Part shown: positions 1-8,889 of the stretch, in pieces
Position numbering within the stretch: the first letter of the stretch is position 1
Layout of the letters: each line of letters starts with the position of its first letter
Assembly (NCBI GenBank): GCA_017881245.1
Contig: JADGRC010000193.1
Span: forward strand, 21,747-85,746
DNA: 64,000 nt
From: Pseudomonadota bacterium
Lineage (GTDB): Bacteria > Myxococcota_A > Polyangia > Fen-1088
Direction: 5' to 3'
Translations under genes and position numbers: made by a program
Notes under the pieces: model-generated
What the model saw: only the letters and a program-made list of their open reading frames with translations
Told to the model about the DNA's origin: nothing
Database searches by the model: none

Positions 1-1084
1 CGTCGGCGGTCAGGTTCGCGGCCAGGGTCTCGCGGATGGCGAAGGCCGCGCGGCGGGCCGGCGCCGCCATGCTCACCATCTGATCCCCCTTGGCGTAGCC
101 AAAGATCACTGCCCGATTCGGATTGCCCGGCAGACTCGCCCCTTTGATCGCCGCAGCCGCGGGGACTCCCCACCCGAAATCTCCGGCGACGCTGGAAATG
201 GTGACGGTTCCGGTCAGTGTCCCCACGAGAGGATTGCCGGCGGTCGTGATTTGTACCTGGGTCTGGGCCGCCACCATGCCGTAATCGGTGTTCAGCGTAG
301 CGGGCGTCATTCCCATCAGGGCGTATTCCCCGTTCTCGATACACAGGACGGGAATCGCGACGTCGCGCACCTTCGCGGCCAAGGGCCCCGATTCCGCGCT
401 GCTGGAGATCACGACCAGGTCCATCCCGGCCACGGCCGCCGCCGTGACGGCCGCATCGGTCATGGTCGTGGTCTGAATTCCTCGTGCCGTCATTCGACCC
501 AGCATGACGTTGTCTCCGGCGGTTGGCTTGCCGGCGCCGGTGATGATCATGATGGCTTTTAATGGGTGAGTTGCGCCACCGGCCGCGTCGGAGCCGCCGT
601 CGCGCGGTGCCCCGCCAGCGGCACCGCCGCCTCCGCCGAGACCCACGGCGCCGCCACCTCCGCCCGTCGCGGATAGGTCGGTGGCTGCGTCATCTGACAC
701 GGCCGCGTCGCTGTTCGGGCCCGTCCCGGCAGTTCCCCCGGTTCCGCCTCCGGCGTTGGCGCCCGTGCCTCCAGAAGAGGATCCTCCGGTGTTGGCGAGC
801 GACCCACCCGTCGCGGGTGGCGTGCCCCCGGTCGCGACCATGGTCGCGCCGCCGCTGCCCGGCGTTGTGCTGCTTCCACCGGTTCCCAGCGTGGTTGCGC
901 CGCCACTTCCGGGACCTGCCGCGCCACCGCTTGACGTCTTGGCCGGCATCGCCGCGCTGCCACCACAGCTTGCCACCGCGACCGCCAGCAGCGCAGCGGC
1001 CAGCGCGAGCGCGGGTCGCCGGCCGGACGACCCGGGCCCGTGGTTTGAATACGAGTGATGGAGTCGGTCACAAAGAGAGCGCAT
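1..1084 (-). CDS. Lipoprotein with Gly/Ser/Thr-rich linker and a C-terminal globular domain of unknown function; the 3' end runs off the left window edge
   Basis: Absent from the ORF track because there is no stop inside the window. Manual minus-strand translation from the ATG at 1084-1082 gives MRSLCDRLHHSYSNHGPGSSGRRPALALAAALLAVAVASCGG (lipobox-like VASC). A G/S/T-rich spacer of about 130 aa follows, then HPLKAIMIITGAGKPTAGDNVMLGRMTARGIQ...VLCIENGEYALMGM, open down to position 1. Confidence 0.6.
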   Translation of the reverse strand, partial: MRSLCDRLHHSYSNHGPGSSGRRPALALAAALLAVAVASCGGSAAMPAKTSSGGAAGPGSGGATTLGTGGSSTTPGSGGATMVATGGTPPATGGSLANTGGSSSGGTGANAGGGTGGTAGTGPNSDAAVSDDAATDLSATGGGGGAVGLGGGGGAAGGAPRDGGSDAAGGATHPLKAIMIITGAGKPTAGDNVMLGRMTARGIQTTTMTDAAVTAAAVAGMDLVVISSSAESGPLAAKVRDVAIPVLCIENGEYALMGMTPATLNTDYGMVAAQTQVQITTAGNPLVGTLTGTVTISSVAGDFGWGVPAAAAIKGASLPGNPNRAVIFGYAKGDQMVSMAAPARRAAFAIRETLAANLTAD

Positions 1085-1129
1085 GGGCTTGGGCGACCTT
1101 TCAGAAGGAGAAGAACCGAAACCACAGTG

Positions 1130-1594
1130 TCAGGCGGGATCGGCCGACAGGGCCCAATATCGCACGCTTTTGCGGTCCGTGGCCGCGAACTCGTCGAGGA
1201 GCGCGCCTTTCCAGATGCTCTTGAGATTGGGACTGAGCTGCAGCTTGTGTACGTCACCGGTCTTGAAGCTGCGCACTTTCCCCGCCACGTTCGCCTTCAT
1301 CGCGTCGCTGATCTTCGCGCGCGGCTGTCGTGGCTTGTAGTGCGCCACCAGGATCGACTGTCCATCCATGGGACCCCCGATGACCTGATAGCGCATGACG
1401 TACGCATAGTCGTAAAGATCGTCGGGCGGGAACTTCGTTGGGATCTCGACCAGTTTCGCGGTCACCGCGAGGGCAGGGGGCGCCGCCCCGGACTCGGCAC
1501 GAACGTCTGCCGCGGCGAGCATGGACAAAACGGCCGCGACGACGACTAAACGGACACTGATCGAATTGACCGGGGACGATAGGGCGGGCTTCAT
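1130..1594 (-). CDS. Secreted protein of unknown function (154 aa)
   Basis: N-terminal signal peptide (VVVAAVLSMLAAADVRA). ATGA overlap with the upstream gene at 1591-1594. Same strand and tight spacing with the operon. No recognisable domain. Confidence 0.65.
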   Translation of the reverse strand: MKPALSSPVNSISVRLVVVAAVLSMLAAADVRAESGAAPPALAVTAKLVEIPTKFPPDDLYDYAYVMRYQVIGGPMDGQSILVAHYKPRQPRAKISDAMKANVAGKVRSFKTGDVHKLQLSPNLKSIWKGALLDEFAATDRKSVRYWALSADPA

Positions 1595-2511
1595 GGCGAT
1601 GACCTCGGCGGGATTCCCCCGCGATTTTCTTGTTCGCTGATTGTGGAACGCCGGACGGATGGCTGCCGGGCGTTCCGCTCGGTTTCCAGAACGGAAAGAT
1701 TGTGGGCCAACCCAGGTAAATCGGGTCGCGCCCGAGCCGCCGCGCGGTAGGACGAGGCCGCGGCCTGCAAATCACCGGACAGCTGACTGATGATGCCGAC
1801 GCTGGCGGATGCCTCGGCGAATGACGGAAAGTCCCGCGCCGCGCGTGCGTAGGCGTCGCTTGCTCCCGCGAGATCCCCCGCGGCGTGGCGTTGGTTTCCG
1901 ACGTTGAACCAATGAACGGCGATCACCTCGGGTATCGCAAGCGGACGCATGTAAGCGGACGCCGTTTCGGTCCACGGTCCGTACTTGCTGCGATACCAGT
2001 CGTCGGGCATCGCCTCGCCCCGACGCAAGAGCTCGACATTCCGCGCGCGCGGCCCGAGCACCCGAACGAAGAAGTGACCCGGAACCAGGATGCCGCGGAT
2101 CGGCAGACCCAGACGCTCGCCTAGCGCCAGATACAGCGCGCCGAGTCCCAGACAGCCTCCCCGGCGTCCGGTGACGACCGACGGGAGAAGCAGGAATCGC
2201 GAATCGGTCGCGCTGATTTCGCGGGCATAGCCGAGCTCCTCGAAGACGACGGCGTTGATCACATCAATCGCGTCCTGCCCCGGGCGCGGCCGCCGGACGG
2301 ACACGCGCTTACCGATCTCGTCCACCAGTCTCCAGGCCTTGGCAACATCTTCGGGTGGCGTGCCTTGTTCCGCAGCGAACGCAAGCAGGGCGCTCGCCAT
2401 GGGCCCCGGAACCTGAGGAACACCATCCCAGGCCCGTCGGCACGTCGCCCCCGAAACGACGAGCAGCGCCGCGGAGCCAAGCCCGCCGATGAACCTGGCG
2501 CGGGAAATCAT
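1591..2511 (-). CDS. Transglutaminase-core-like (SirB1-type) protein with C-terminal TPR-like repeats
   Basis: RRGGCLGLGALYLALGERLGLPIRGILVPGHFFVRV matches the transglutaminase-like Cys/His core pattern. The C-terminal half is Ala-rich helical repeats (NVGNQRHAAGDLAGASDAYARAARDFPSFAEA...). ATGA overlaps at both ends. Confidence 0.75.
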   Translation of the reverse strand: MISRARFIGGLGSAALLVVSGATCRRAWDGVPQVPGPMASALLAFAAEQGTPPEDVAKAWRLVDEIGKRVSVRRPRPGQDAIDVINAVVFEELGYAREISATDSRFLLLPSVVTGRRGGCLGLGALYLALGERLGLPIRGILVPGHFFVRVLGPRARNVELLRRGEAMPDDWYRSKYGPWTETASAYMRPLAIPEVIAVHWFNVGNQRHAAGDLAGASDAYARAARDFPSFAEASASVGIISQLSGDLQAAASSYRAAARARPDLPGLAHNLSVLETERNARQPSVRRSTISEQENRGGIPPRSSP

Positions 2512-4631
2512 TTCGCGGACACCGGTTGCCAGCCCTCCCAGAAATCGTAGAGGTCACGCGCCGTCATCATCCAGACGACCAGTTTTTTCGCTTCCAGGGC
2601 TTTCAAACCTCGTCGCAGCAGCTTCTGTCGGACATTCGGCCCGCCCCCGTAGCTCATGACGAGGTCGACGGGATAGCCGATCTCTTTCGCAAGGTGCGCG
2701 GACACGCCTGCGTGCTCACAGTCCATCAGTTCGAAGACGCCGGTGAAGCTGTCCCCGAGCACGACGATGGGGCTGTCGGCATCGTCCTCATACAGCGTTC
2801 CGTCGGAATTCAGGACCTGATCTCCGACCAGGTTCTCAGGTTGGTACCGGCCCTTGTCAGCCTCCGGGAGGCGGGAATGCAAGTCGCCGTGGCGGCTGAA
2901 CGTCGACTCCTTGGTCTTGTAGATCCTGCGATGCGCTGCGATCTCCTTGTACCAGGGATACGTCTTGATTCGCTCGGCCACGGCGCGCGCGGCCAGCTCC
3001 AGGCCGCGGTTCGTCCAGTGGGTGTCCTGGGCCTGATAAAGCGATGCCTTCTCGTGTCGGGCCGTCGAGTGCCCCTTCGATTCTTCGTCCGCGCGTACGC
3101 CCAGAAACAACGGCAACAGGTCCACCACCTCGACGCCTTTTTCGCCCAGGTCCAACAAGAACTTGCGTTCGAAGGGATTGACCACCTTACCCACGAGATG
3201 TGCGCCGGTCGCGCGTTCAACGGGCGTAATTCCGATCTTGTCGGGGAAGATCTCCTCCTTTGTCGGCACCGGCACGAACAGCAGATCGACGCCTCGCTCG
3301 GCCAGTAGTTTCTTGAACTGGAGAATGACGGGAACCGGGTTGCGCCCGCGTTTTTGCTTCTCGAGATCGCCCCCGGTGGCGTACGCCATGGATTGCCCGA
3401 AGAACAAGAATCCATCGTCGCCTGCCACCGCCTTGGCGCCCGCCGGAATCGCCTTGAGCTTGGTCCGCATCAGGTCGTTAAGGGGCGCCACGGCGGCCGC
3501 CCAGCGATTCCACGATCCACCGTTTGCGTTCAGTTCGGTCTTGACGGCGGCGATCACCGCGTTTGGCTGGGGGGACGGCGTCGTGCGCGGCAACGACAGC
3601 TTGGGAGTTGCCTTCGCGACGCCGCTACCGCTCGCGGCGCCTTCGGCGGCGGCGGCGCCGGCTCCGGTGACCAGGAACACGTTGTACACCGGCTTGCCCT
3701 GGGGCTTACCGCGCATCACGACTGCCGGCGAGGCGAAATGTTGCCCACCCAATTCCGCGATGATCTCCGGTTCGGTTTCGGCGTCCGGCCAGGATTCACC
3801 GGGGGTAACCAGATCGGTGTTGTAGGACGGGTACCAGTATGAGGCCAATTGGTGCGCCCATTTTTTGACTTCGGCGGGCGATAACACCCGGCCGGCGTAG
3901 TCGTCGCGAATGAAGGCCAAGAGAGCGGAGATCTTGTCGCCGAGCGCCTGGGCGGGGACGCGGCCATAGAGCTCGCCGAATCCGTCGCCGTCGGCGTCCG
4001 GGATGCCCACGAATTCCTTGAACCAGGGAGCGAACTCAATTTTGACCCAGAGCTCGGTCGCCTTGCCGGTACCCGCGTCGTGCAAATAAGCAGCGACCGC
4101 CGCTTGGCGAACCAACTGGGGGCCCCCTCCCAGGCCCCAGTCCTCCGCGCGCACTTTCGCGGCGGTGTCCTCGATCGTGTCGCCCCCCGGAATGTGTTTG
4201 GAGGTCAGCAGTTCCACGAGAGGCGCGAGCGCCAGGGGGTGTTGCCGTTCTTCTGGCGTAAGCGGCAAGGATCCGAGCGTACCCGTCAACAACTCCAGCG
4301 CGCCACCGAACGGGTGACTGGTGTCGGGACGTTTGCCCGTGGTGGCGCGCATCGCACCTTCGGGGTCCGGATCGGCGTTCATGAAATTCGCGTCGTAGGC
4401 CGCGTAGTCAAGGTTGGCGCGCGTGGGGCGGGCGATCTCGCGCACCAATACTTGTGAGGTGCCGCGACGGTAGTTCTTGTTGACGGTCAGGACATCGGCG
4501 CTGCCAGATGAGATCATCTTTCCGGTCGCGGGCCACGGGAAGGCGACGCCCGAATGGCCACAGGTCCCGACGAGCAGCAAGGTGACCGCGAGGAACGGCA
4601 CCAGGCGCGTTGGGGTGTCAGACATAGGCAC
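2508..4631 (-). CDS. Large periplasmic protein: unassigned N-terminal half (about 400 aa) plus a C-terminal AlgX/AlgJ-type SGNH-like O-acetyltransferase domain
   Basis: Signal or lipoprotein-like N-terminus (FLAVTLLLVGTCGH). Carries the AlgJ/AlgX signature QDTHWTNRG and the downstream VVLGDSFTGVF (D-H-S triad pattern). Start is the GTG at 4631 or the ATG at 4625; either overlaps the stop of the GT2 gene. Confidence 0.8.
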   Translation of the reverse strand: MPMSDTPTRLVPFLAVTLLLVGTCGHSGVAFPWPATGKMISSGSADVLTVNKNYRRGTSQVLVREIARPTRANLDYAAYDANFMNADPDPEGAMRATTGKRPDTSHPFGGALELLTGTLGSLPLTPEERQHPLALAPLVELLTSKHIPGGDTIEDTAAKVRAEDWGLGGGPQLVRQAAVAAYLHDAGTGKATELWVKIEFAPWFKEFVGIPDADGDGFGELYGRVPAQALGDKISALLAFIRDDYAGRVLSPAEVKKWAHQLASYWYPSYNTDLVTPGESWPDAETEPEIIAELGGQHFASPAVVMRGKPQGKPVYNVFLVTGAGAAAAEGAASGSGVAKATPKLSLPRTTPSPQPNAVIAAVKTELNANGGSWNRWAAAVAPLNDLMRTKLKAIPAGAKAVAGDDGFLFFGQSMAYATGGDLEKQKRGRNPVPVILQFKKLLAERGVDLLFVPVPTKEEIFPDKIGITPVERATGAHLVGKVVNPFERKFLLDLGEKGVEVVDLLPLFLGVRADEESKGHSTARHEKASLYQAQDTHWTNRGLELAARAVAERIKTYPWYKEIAAHRRIYKTKESTFSRHGDLHSRLPEADKGRYQPENLVGDQVLNSDGTLYEDDADSPIVVLGDSFTGVFELMDCEHAGVSAHLAKEIGYPVDLVMSYGGGPNVRQKLLRRGLKALEAKKLVVWMMTARDLYDFWEGWQPVSAK

Positions 4632-5409
4632 CTCGCTTGAACCGCCACATCACTCGCAACACGCGCATGCCGTAGGTGAGCGGATTCAGGTGGGAGATCT
4701 CGTCGGCGTACCGGGTGGGGATCGGCGCCTCGCCGACGGCCAAGCCGCGTGCCCGCGCGCTCGCGATCACCTCCATGTCGAAATCAAAACTATCGCTCAG
4801 GCGGTCGAAGGGCACTTCGGCCAGGGCGCGCGCGCCGTATACCAGATACCCGCTGTGAAAGTCGGTCATGGGCAGGGTGAAAACGCGGCGTTCCATCTGG
4901 TTCAGCAACCAGTTTCCCGCGTATTTGTAGAAGGGCATCCCACCAGACAATGCTTCGCCACCCGCGATCCGCGAACCTTGCACCAGATCGAGATTTCGAT
5001 GGTCCAAAGTTGCCAGCAAGCCGGTCAGCGCCTCCGGGCTATATTGGCCGTCGGCATGTACGGACGCGGCCACGGTGGCGCCGGCCTCACGAGCTGCCCG
5101 AAGGCCTGTCTTCATGGCGGCGCCGTAACCGCCGTTTCGGTCGCGGATGATCAGAGTCACCCGTGGATTCAACCGCGGCAAGTGAGGCGCGCTTTCCCGT
5201 GTTCCTGGCCGCGTTCCTGCGAGGGATCTCGCCGAGTGGCTATTTTCCGTGGTCAAAGCGCGTGCCACGGCGGCGGTATTGTCGCGGCTTCCATCGTCGA
5301 CGATCACGACACCTTCCAGTCCGGGCGGATTTGCGACGCGCAGACGGCGAATCACGCCCGTCAAGTGGCGTGCCGCATTGAAGGCCGGCACGACGACCCA
5401 AAGGCTCAT
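4618..5409 (-). CDS. Family 2 glycosyltransferase, soluble polyprenyl-phosphate-sugar synthase type (DPM1/ArnC-like, no C-terminal TM helices)
   Basis: VVVPAFNAARHL...VIVDDGSRDNT...RNGGYGAAMKTG...VHADGQYSP are typical GT2 DXD-region motifs. ATGA overlap with the upstream gene at 5406-5409. Confidence 0.85.
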   Translation of the reverse strand: MSLWVVVPAFNAARHLTGVIRRLRVANPPGLEGVVIVDDGSRDNTAAVARALTTENSHSARSLAGTRPGTRESAPHLPRLNPRVTLIIRDRNGGYGAAMKTGLRAAREAGATVAASVHADGQYSPEALTGLLATLDHRNLDLVQGSRIAGGEALSGGMPFYKYAGNWLLNQMERRVFTLPMTDFHSGYLVYGARALAEVPFDRLSDSFDFDMEVIASARARGLAVGEAPIPTRYADEISHLNPLTYGMRVLRVMWRFKRGAYV

Positions 5410-6605
5410 CGAGATCCTCCCGAAGCGACTGTTTTCAACTGGGCGCGCTCGGCCAGAAGCGGCTCGTAGCGCGCAATGTAATCGTCCACGATGCTCGGCA
5501 ACATGGTGCGAAGGGGCATGCGAGGATGCCAGTCGAGCAGGCGCTCGGCCTTGGCGATTGACGGAATCCGCACGACCGAGTCGTCATAACCGTCGCCGTA
5601 GTACTTCCGCGCGGTGATCGGGCGCAGCCGGGGTACGGGAGCGTTCGGGCGTCGCGCACGAAAGGCTCCGGCGACCGCCCGCGCGAGCGCCCGGATGGTG
5701 ACGTCGTTGAGTGGATTGCCCAGGTTCAGGATCTCGCCCCGACACTCCCGGGGGCGGTCGATGATCCGGAGCAGAGCGTCTACGAATTCGTCGACGTGGA
5801 CGAACGACCGGCGCTGCTTTCCACCGTCCACCAAAAGCAGATCCTCTCCCATCAACAGCGCGTGCATGAACGAGGCGAGCACGCGCGGAATTCCTTCGCC
5901 GTCGATGCCCGGGATGAAGTCCATGCGCGGACCGATGACGTTGAATGGGCGTACCAGGGTGAAATTCAGTCCGGCGTGCTTGCCGTGTGCCCAGATGACA
6001 CGTTCAAGGAGCTGCTTGGCGGCCGCATAGGACCAACGTTCCCTGTGCACTGGTCCGAGGCACAGCGATGTTTCGTCCTCGAGCATTTCGGTCGTGGCCC
6101 GCCCCTCGTCGTCGAGCGCCCTGCGACCGTAGACTTCGCAGGTCGACAGGTGGATCAGCCGCTTGCCTCGACTCGCGCACAGTTTCACGAGCGGCACGAG
6201 ATCGGTGTAGTTGGCGTCGATCACCTCGAGCGGCTGGGTGTTGTAGAGCGCGGGGTTGCACAGGGCGGTCAGGGAAACAAAGACATCGCAACGCCCCATC
6301 AGATCGTCGAGGAGGCCCGGCGTATCCAAGCGCGCCTCGATTCGTCGCATTCGCGGCGAGCGAGCCCCCAGTTTGTCGAGACACCTGTCGACGGCGTCGA
6401 TGCGGAGATTCCCCCGTCGGGCCAGAAGCGCGGGGATCAAGTGCGAACCGATGAAGCCTCCGGCGCCCAGAACGGCGATCCGGGGGAGCGGCGCGGGCGC
6501 CAAGCTGGCGATCGGGAAGGCCGCCCGGGCACGCGCCTCACGGGATTGCGCCCGCGGGGAACGGCTTGATGTCGGGCGGGACGGAGGGGCTTTCAGGATG
6601 CTCAC
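5406..6605 (-). CDS. NAD-dependent UDP-glucuronate decarboxylase resembling the ArnA C-terminal domain
   Basis: Rossmann motif IAVLGAGGFIGSHL. RWSYAAAKQLLERVIWAHGKHAGLNFTLVRPFN...DGGKQRRSF parallels E. coli ArnA RWIYSVSKQLLDRVIWAYG...DGGKQKRCF. GTG start in a GTGA overlap at 6602-6605. The N-terminal 40 aa are low-complexity, so the true start may lie further in. Confidence 0.85.
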   Translation of the reverse strand: MSILKAPPSRPTSSRSPRAQSREARARAAFPIASLAPAPLPRIAVLGAGGFIGSHLIPALLARRGNLRIDAVDRCLDKLGARSPRMRRIEARLDTPGLLDDLMGRCDVFVSLTALCNPALYNTQPLEVIDANYTDLVPLVKLCASRGKRLIHLSTCEVYGRRALDDEGRATTEMLEDETSLCLGPVHRERWSYAAAKQLLERVIWAHGKHAGLNFTLVRPFNVIGPRMDFIPGIDGEGIPRVLASFMHALLMGEDLLLVDGGKQRRSFVHVDEFVDALLRIIDRPRECRGEILNLGNPLNDVTIRALARAVAGAFRARRPNAPVPRLRPITARKYYGDGYDDSVVRIPSIAKAERLLDWHPRMPLRTMLPSIVDDYIARYEPLLAERAQLKTVASGGSR

Positions 6606-7939
6606 CGCTTGGCTTTCTTCTTCTTTTTTGACTTGGCGCTGCCACCCGATTGTTTGGCAGACTTTTCGTCCGCATCGTCGTCGTTCGAGGGCGAGGCGCT
6701 CTCGGTGGTCGACGATTTGGACTTCGATGCGCCGTCGTCGGCTTTGTCCGTGCCGCCTCCGGCTTTCTTGTCCTCGCCACTCGCGTCTTCGTCGTGCTTG
6801 CTGGATTTGGCGACGGCCTTGTTGTCACGCTTACCGCTCGCACCTGCGCTTGGGCCGCCCGATCCAGGGATGAAGATGTCGGGCCACCGATCGTTGCCCG
6901 AGTGGTAGGTCAATCGCGTCGCCGTCTCCGGCGGCGCGCCCACTTTCCACAGATAGATCTCATAGTCCGCGATGTCGTGGTCGTGGCCGCGCTGGGTCGC
7001 GGCCCAAACCAACCAGCGCCCATCCGCCGACAGCTGCGGAAAGTATTCGTGTGAACGGCGCCCCGGAATGTCGATCAGAGTGATGGAATCGGCGTCGGCG
7101 TCGGTCTTCGTCGGCTTGCCGTCCTCGATCGCCATGTGCAGGACGCGGCTGCCACCGTTGCCGGTTGGGTGCATCCAGTAGATCTCATCTCCCGACGGAG
7201 TCCAGTTGATTTGGCAGCCTTCACCCGTGCGGTTCCATTTCTTCCCTGCGATATCCCAAATGCCGGTTTCACGCTTCGACCCACGGAGGGTGATGGCGAT
7301 GTATTTCCCGTCCTTGGACATCTCGGGCTGCTGCATCAGGGCCGCGTCCAGCTCCGGCACCTTGGCGCTGTCGACCAGTAGCGTTTCGTCGCCGCCCGAG
7401 AGTTTACGGCGATAGATGCGCGTCGTCCGCGCGTAGACTATCTCGTCGTTCGAGACCCAGTTGCCCCAGCTTGCGTTGTCCACGACCTTGGTCTCGTCAC
7501 TTCCATCGGGCGCGACCGTGAAAATGTCCCACTTGCCATCCGTGTTGGCGTCGCGTTCGAACACCCAGCCCTTCTTACTGCGCGTGAACAGGATGCGCGC
7601 TCCGTCTGGCGAAAACCGGGGAAACCAGTCGACGGCCTCGCCTTTCGTAATCTGGCGGACGTGGGAGCCGTCCGTATTCATCATGAACAAATCGTGATTT
7701 CCCACCCTCGAGCTCGACCACACGATTTGGCCCTTGACCTGCTCCCCCATGGCCGCCATGGCTTTCTCTTCGGCCTCGTCGGGCTTTTCCTCGCTGCCGC
7801 TCGGTGGACCCGCGCCCACCGTGGCGCACCCCGGCGTCCAACCCAGGCACAGGGTACCCGTGATGATGGCGAAGGCGGAGCGCCGCCAGATTCGAGACAA
7901 TTGGCGCGGGCGGGGGTCGTTGTTTTGGTCCTGGATCAT
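6602..7939 (-). CDS. TolB-like WD40/PD40 beta-propeller lipoprotein with a disordered, polybasic C-terminal tail
   Basis: PD40-type repeats (DLFMMNTDGSHVRQITKGEAVDWFPRFSPDGARILFTR; DIFTVAPDGSDETKV; YFPQLSADGRWLVWA). Start chosen at the ATG at 7939 (MIQDQNN...AFAIITGTLCLGWTPGCA) because it makes an ATGA overlap with the upstream stop. The tail ends in KSKKKKKAKR. Confidence 0.75.
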   Translation of the reverse strand: MIQDQNNDPRPRQLSRIWRRSAFAIITGTLCLGWTPGCATVGAGPPSGSEEKPDEAEEKAMAAMGEQVKGQIVWSSSRVGNHDLFMMNTDGSHVRQITKGEAVDWFPRFSPDGARILFTRSKKGWVFERDANTDGKWDIFTVAPDGSDETKVVDNASWGNWVSNDEIVYARTTRIYRRKLSGGDETLLVDSAKVPELDAALMQQPEMSKDGKYIAITLRGSKRETGIWDIAGKKWNRTGEGCQINWTPSGDEIYWMHPTGNGGSRVLHMAIEDGKPTKTDADADSITLIDIPGRRSHEYFPQLSADGRWLVWAATQRGHDHDIADYEIYLWKVGAPPETATRLTYHSGNDRWPDIFIPGSGGPSAGASGKRDNKAVAKSSKHDEDASGEDKKAGGGTDKADDGASKSKSSTTESASPSNDDDADEKSAKQSGGSAKSKKKKKAKR

Positions 7940-8889
7940 GATGTTCTCCTGGGTTCGGCCATCGCTCGCGGCCGCGCTGTTTCCGCGGTCGAAAAACAAC
8001 GAGCGAGTCCTTCTCTGACGCCGACTGGTTGGTAACCAAGATCATTCGCGGCGCTGGCACAGTCTAGATCCGCGTGATTGGTGAATCCCATCACGCCGTA
8101 CTGAGTGATGGGCGGCCGTCTCATGGTCAAGCCGAGCAAACCCGCGATCCCGCGACAAAGCCAAACGGGCACGTGGACGAAAGGCTTGCTGCGACCCTGC
8201 AGAAGGAGCACGAGTCGCCCCATCTCCTCCAGGGTGATGGATTCGCCGCCGCTGAGATTGTAGGTCTTGCCGAACGCAATTGGGTTTCCGAGCACACGCG
8301 CCAGGCCATCGACCACATCCTCCGCGCGTACGGGGCTTTTGCGTGCCAGTCCGGGACCGATGAACGGTACAACCGGATAACGTTGTAGCAACTTCAAGAA
8401 CATTTGGAACTCTTCACCGCCCGATCGGTCGTAGACCAGCGTGGGGCGCACGATCGTGTACGCGAAGCGCGTCTCCGCCCGCACGAAGGCTTCAGCGAGC
8501 AGCTTGGAGCGCCCATAAGGCGTCAAGCGCGGATACGTCACCGAGGCCGACGAGACGTACACGAAGTGTCGAACCTGGGCCGCCGCGGCCGCCGCCACCA
8601 TGTTGGCCGTGCCCTGTCGATTCACGGCGTCCAGAATTCTCTTGTCGCGCGCGAGGATCACCGCCGCCGCGTGGACGACGGCGTCCGCGCCATCGACTGC
8701 CGCAGTAAGAGAGCCCGGATCGCGTACATCCCCCTCGACGATCTCACAACCTGAGGCGGTCAGCCTTTCGCGCAGGGGATCGCCCGGCAAGACCAGACCA
8801 CGTACGCGCCAGTCTTCCTTGAGCAACCGATGGACCAGGCGCGATCCCATCTCGCCAGCCGCGCCGGTGACCAAGACCAATCGATTCAC
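7936..8889 (-). CDS. NAD-dependent epimerase/dehydratase (SDR) family protein
   Basis: VNRLVLVTGAAGEMGSRLVHRLL Rossmann motif right at the proposed GTG start (8889), which forms a GTGA overlap with the upstream stop. YGRSKLLAE carries YxxxK. The track ORF extension up to 9204 is Arg-rich junk that overlaps the upstream gene. Confidence 0.8.
   Translation of the reverse strand: MNRLVLVTGAAGEMGSRLVHRLLKEDWRVRGLVLPGDPLRERLTASGCEIVEGDVRDPGSLTAAVDGADAVVHAAAVILARDKRILDAVNRQGTANMVAAAAAAQVRHFVYVSSASVTYPRLTPYGRSKLLAEAFVRAETRFAYTIVRPTLVYDRSGGEEFQMFLKLLQRYPVVPFIGPGLARKSPVRAEDVVDGLARVLGNPIAFGKTYNLSGGESITLEEMGRLVLLLQGRSKPFVHVPVWLCRGIAGLLGLTMRRPPITQYGVMGFTNHADLDCASAANDLGYQPVGVREGLARCFSTAETARPRAMAEPRRTS

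Noticed and set aside
681-1058. Pro-rich ORFs on the strand opposite the Gly-rich linkers (681-1058, 32425-32985, 48747-49337, 56719-57273, 59548-60180).
   Set aside because: These are mirror images of GGN-rich coding sequence (CCN codons). Each lies entirely inside a better-supported gene with a signal peptide and a recognisable domain on the other strand.
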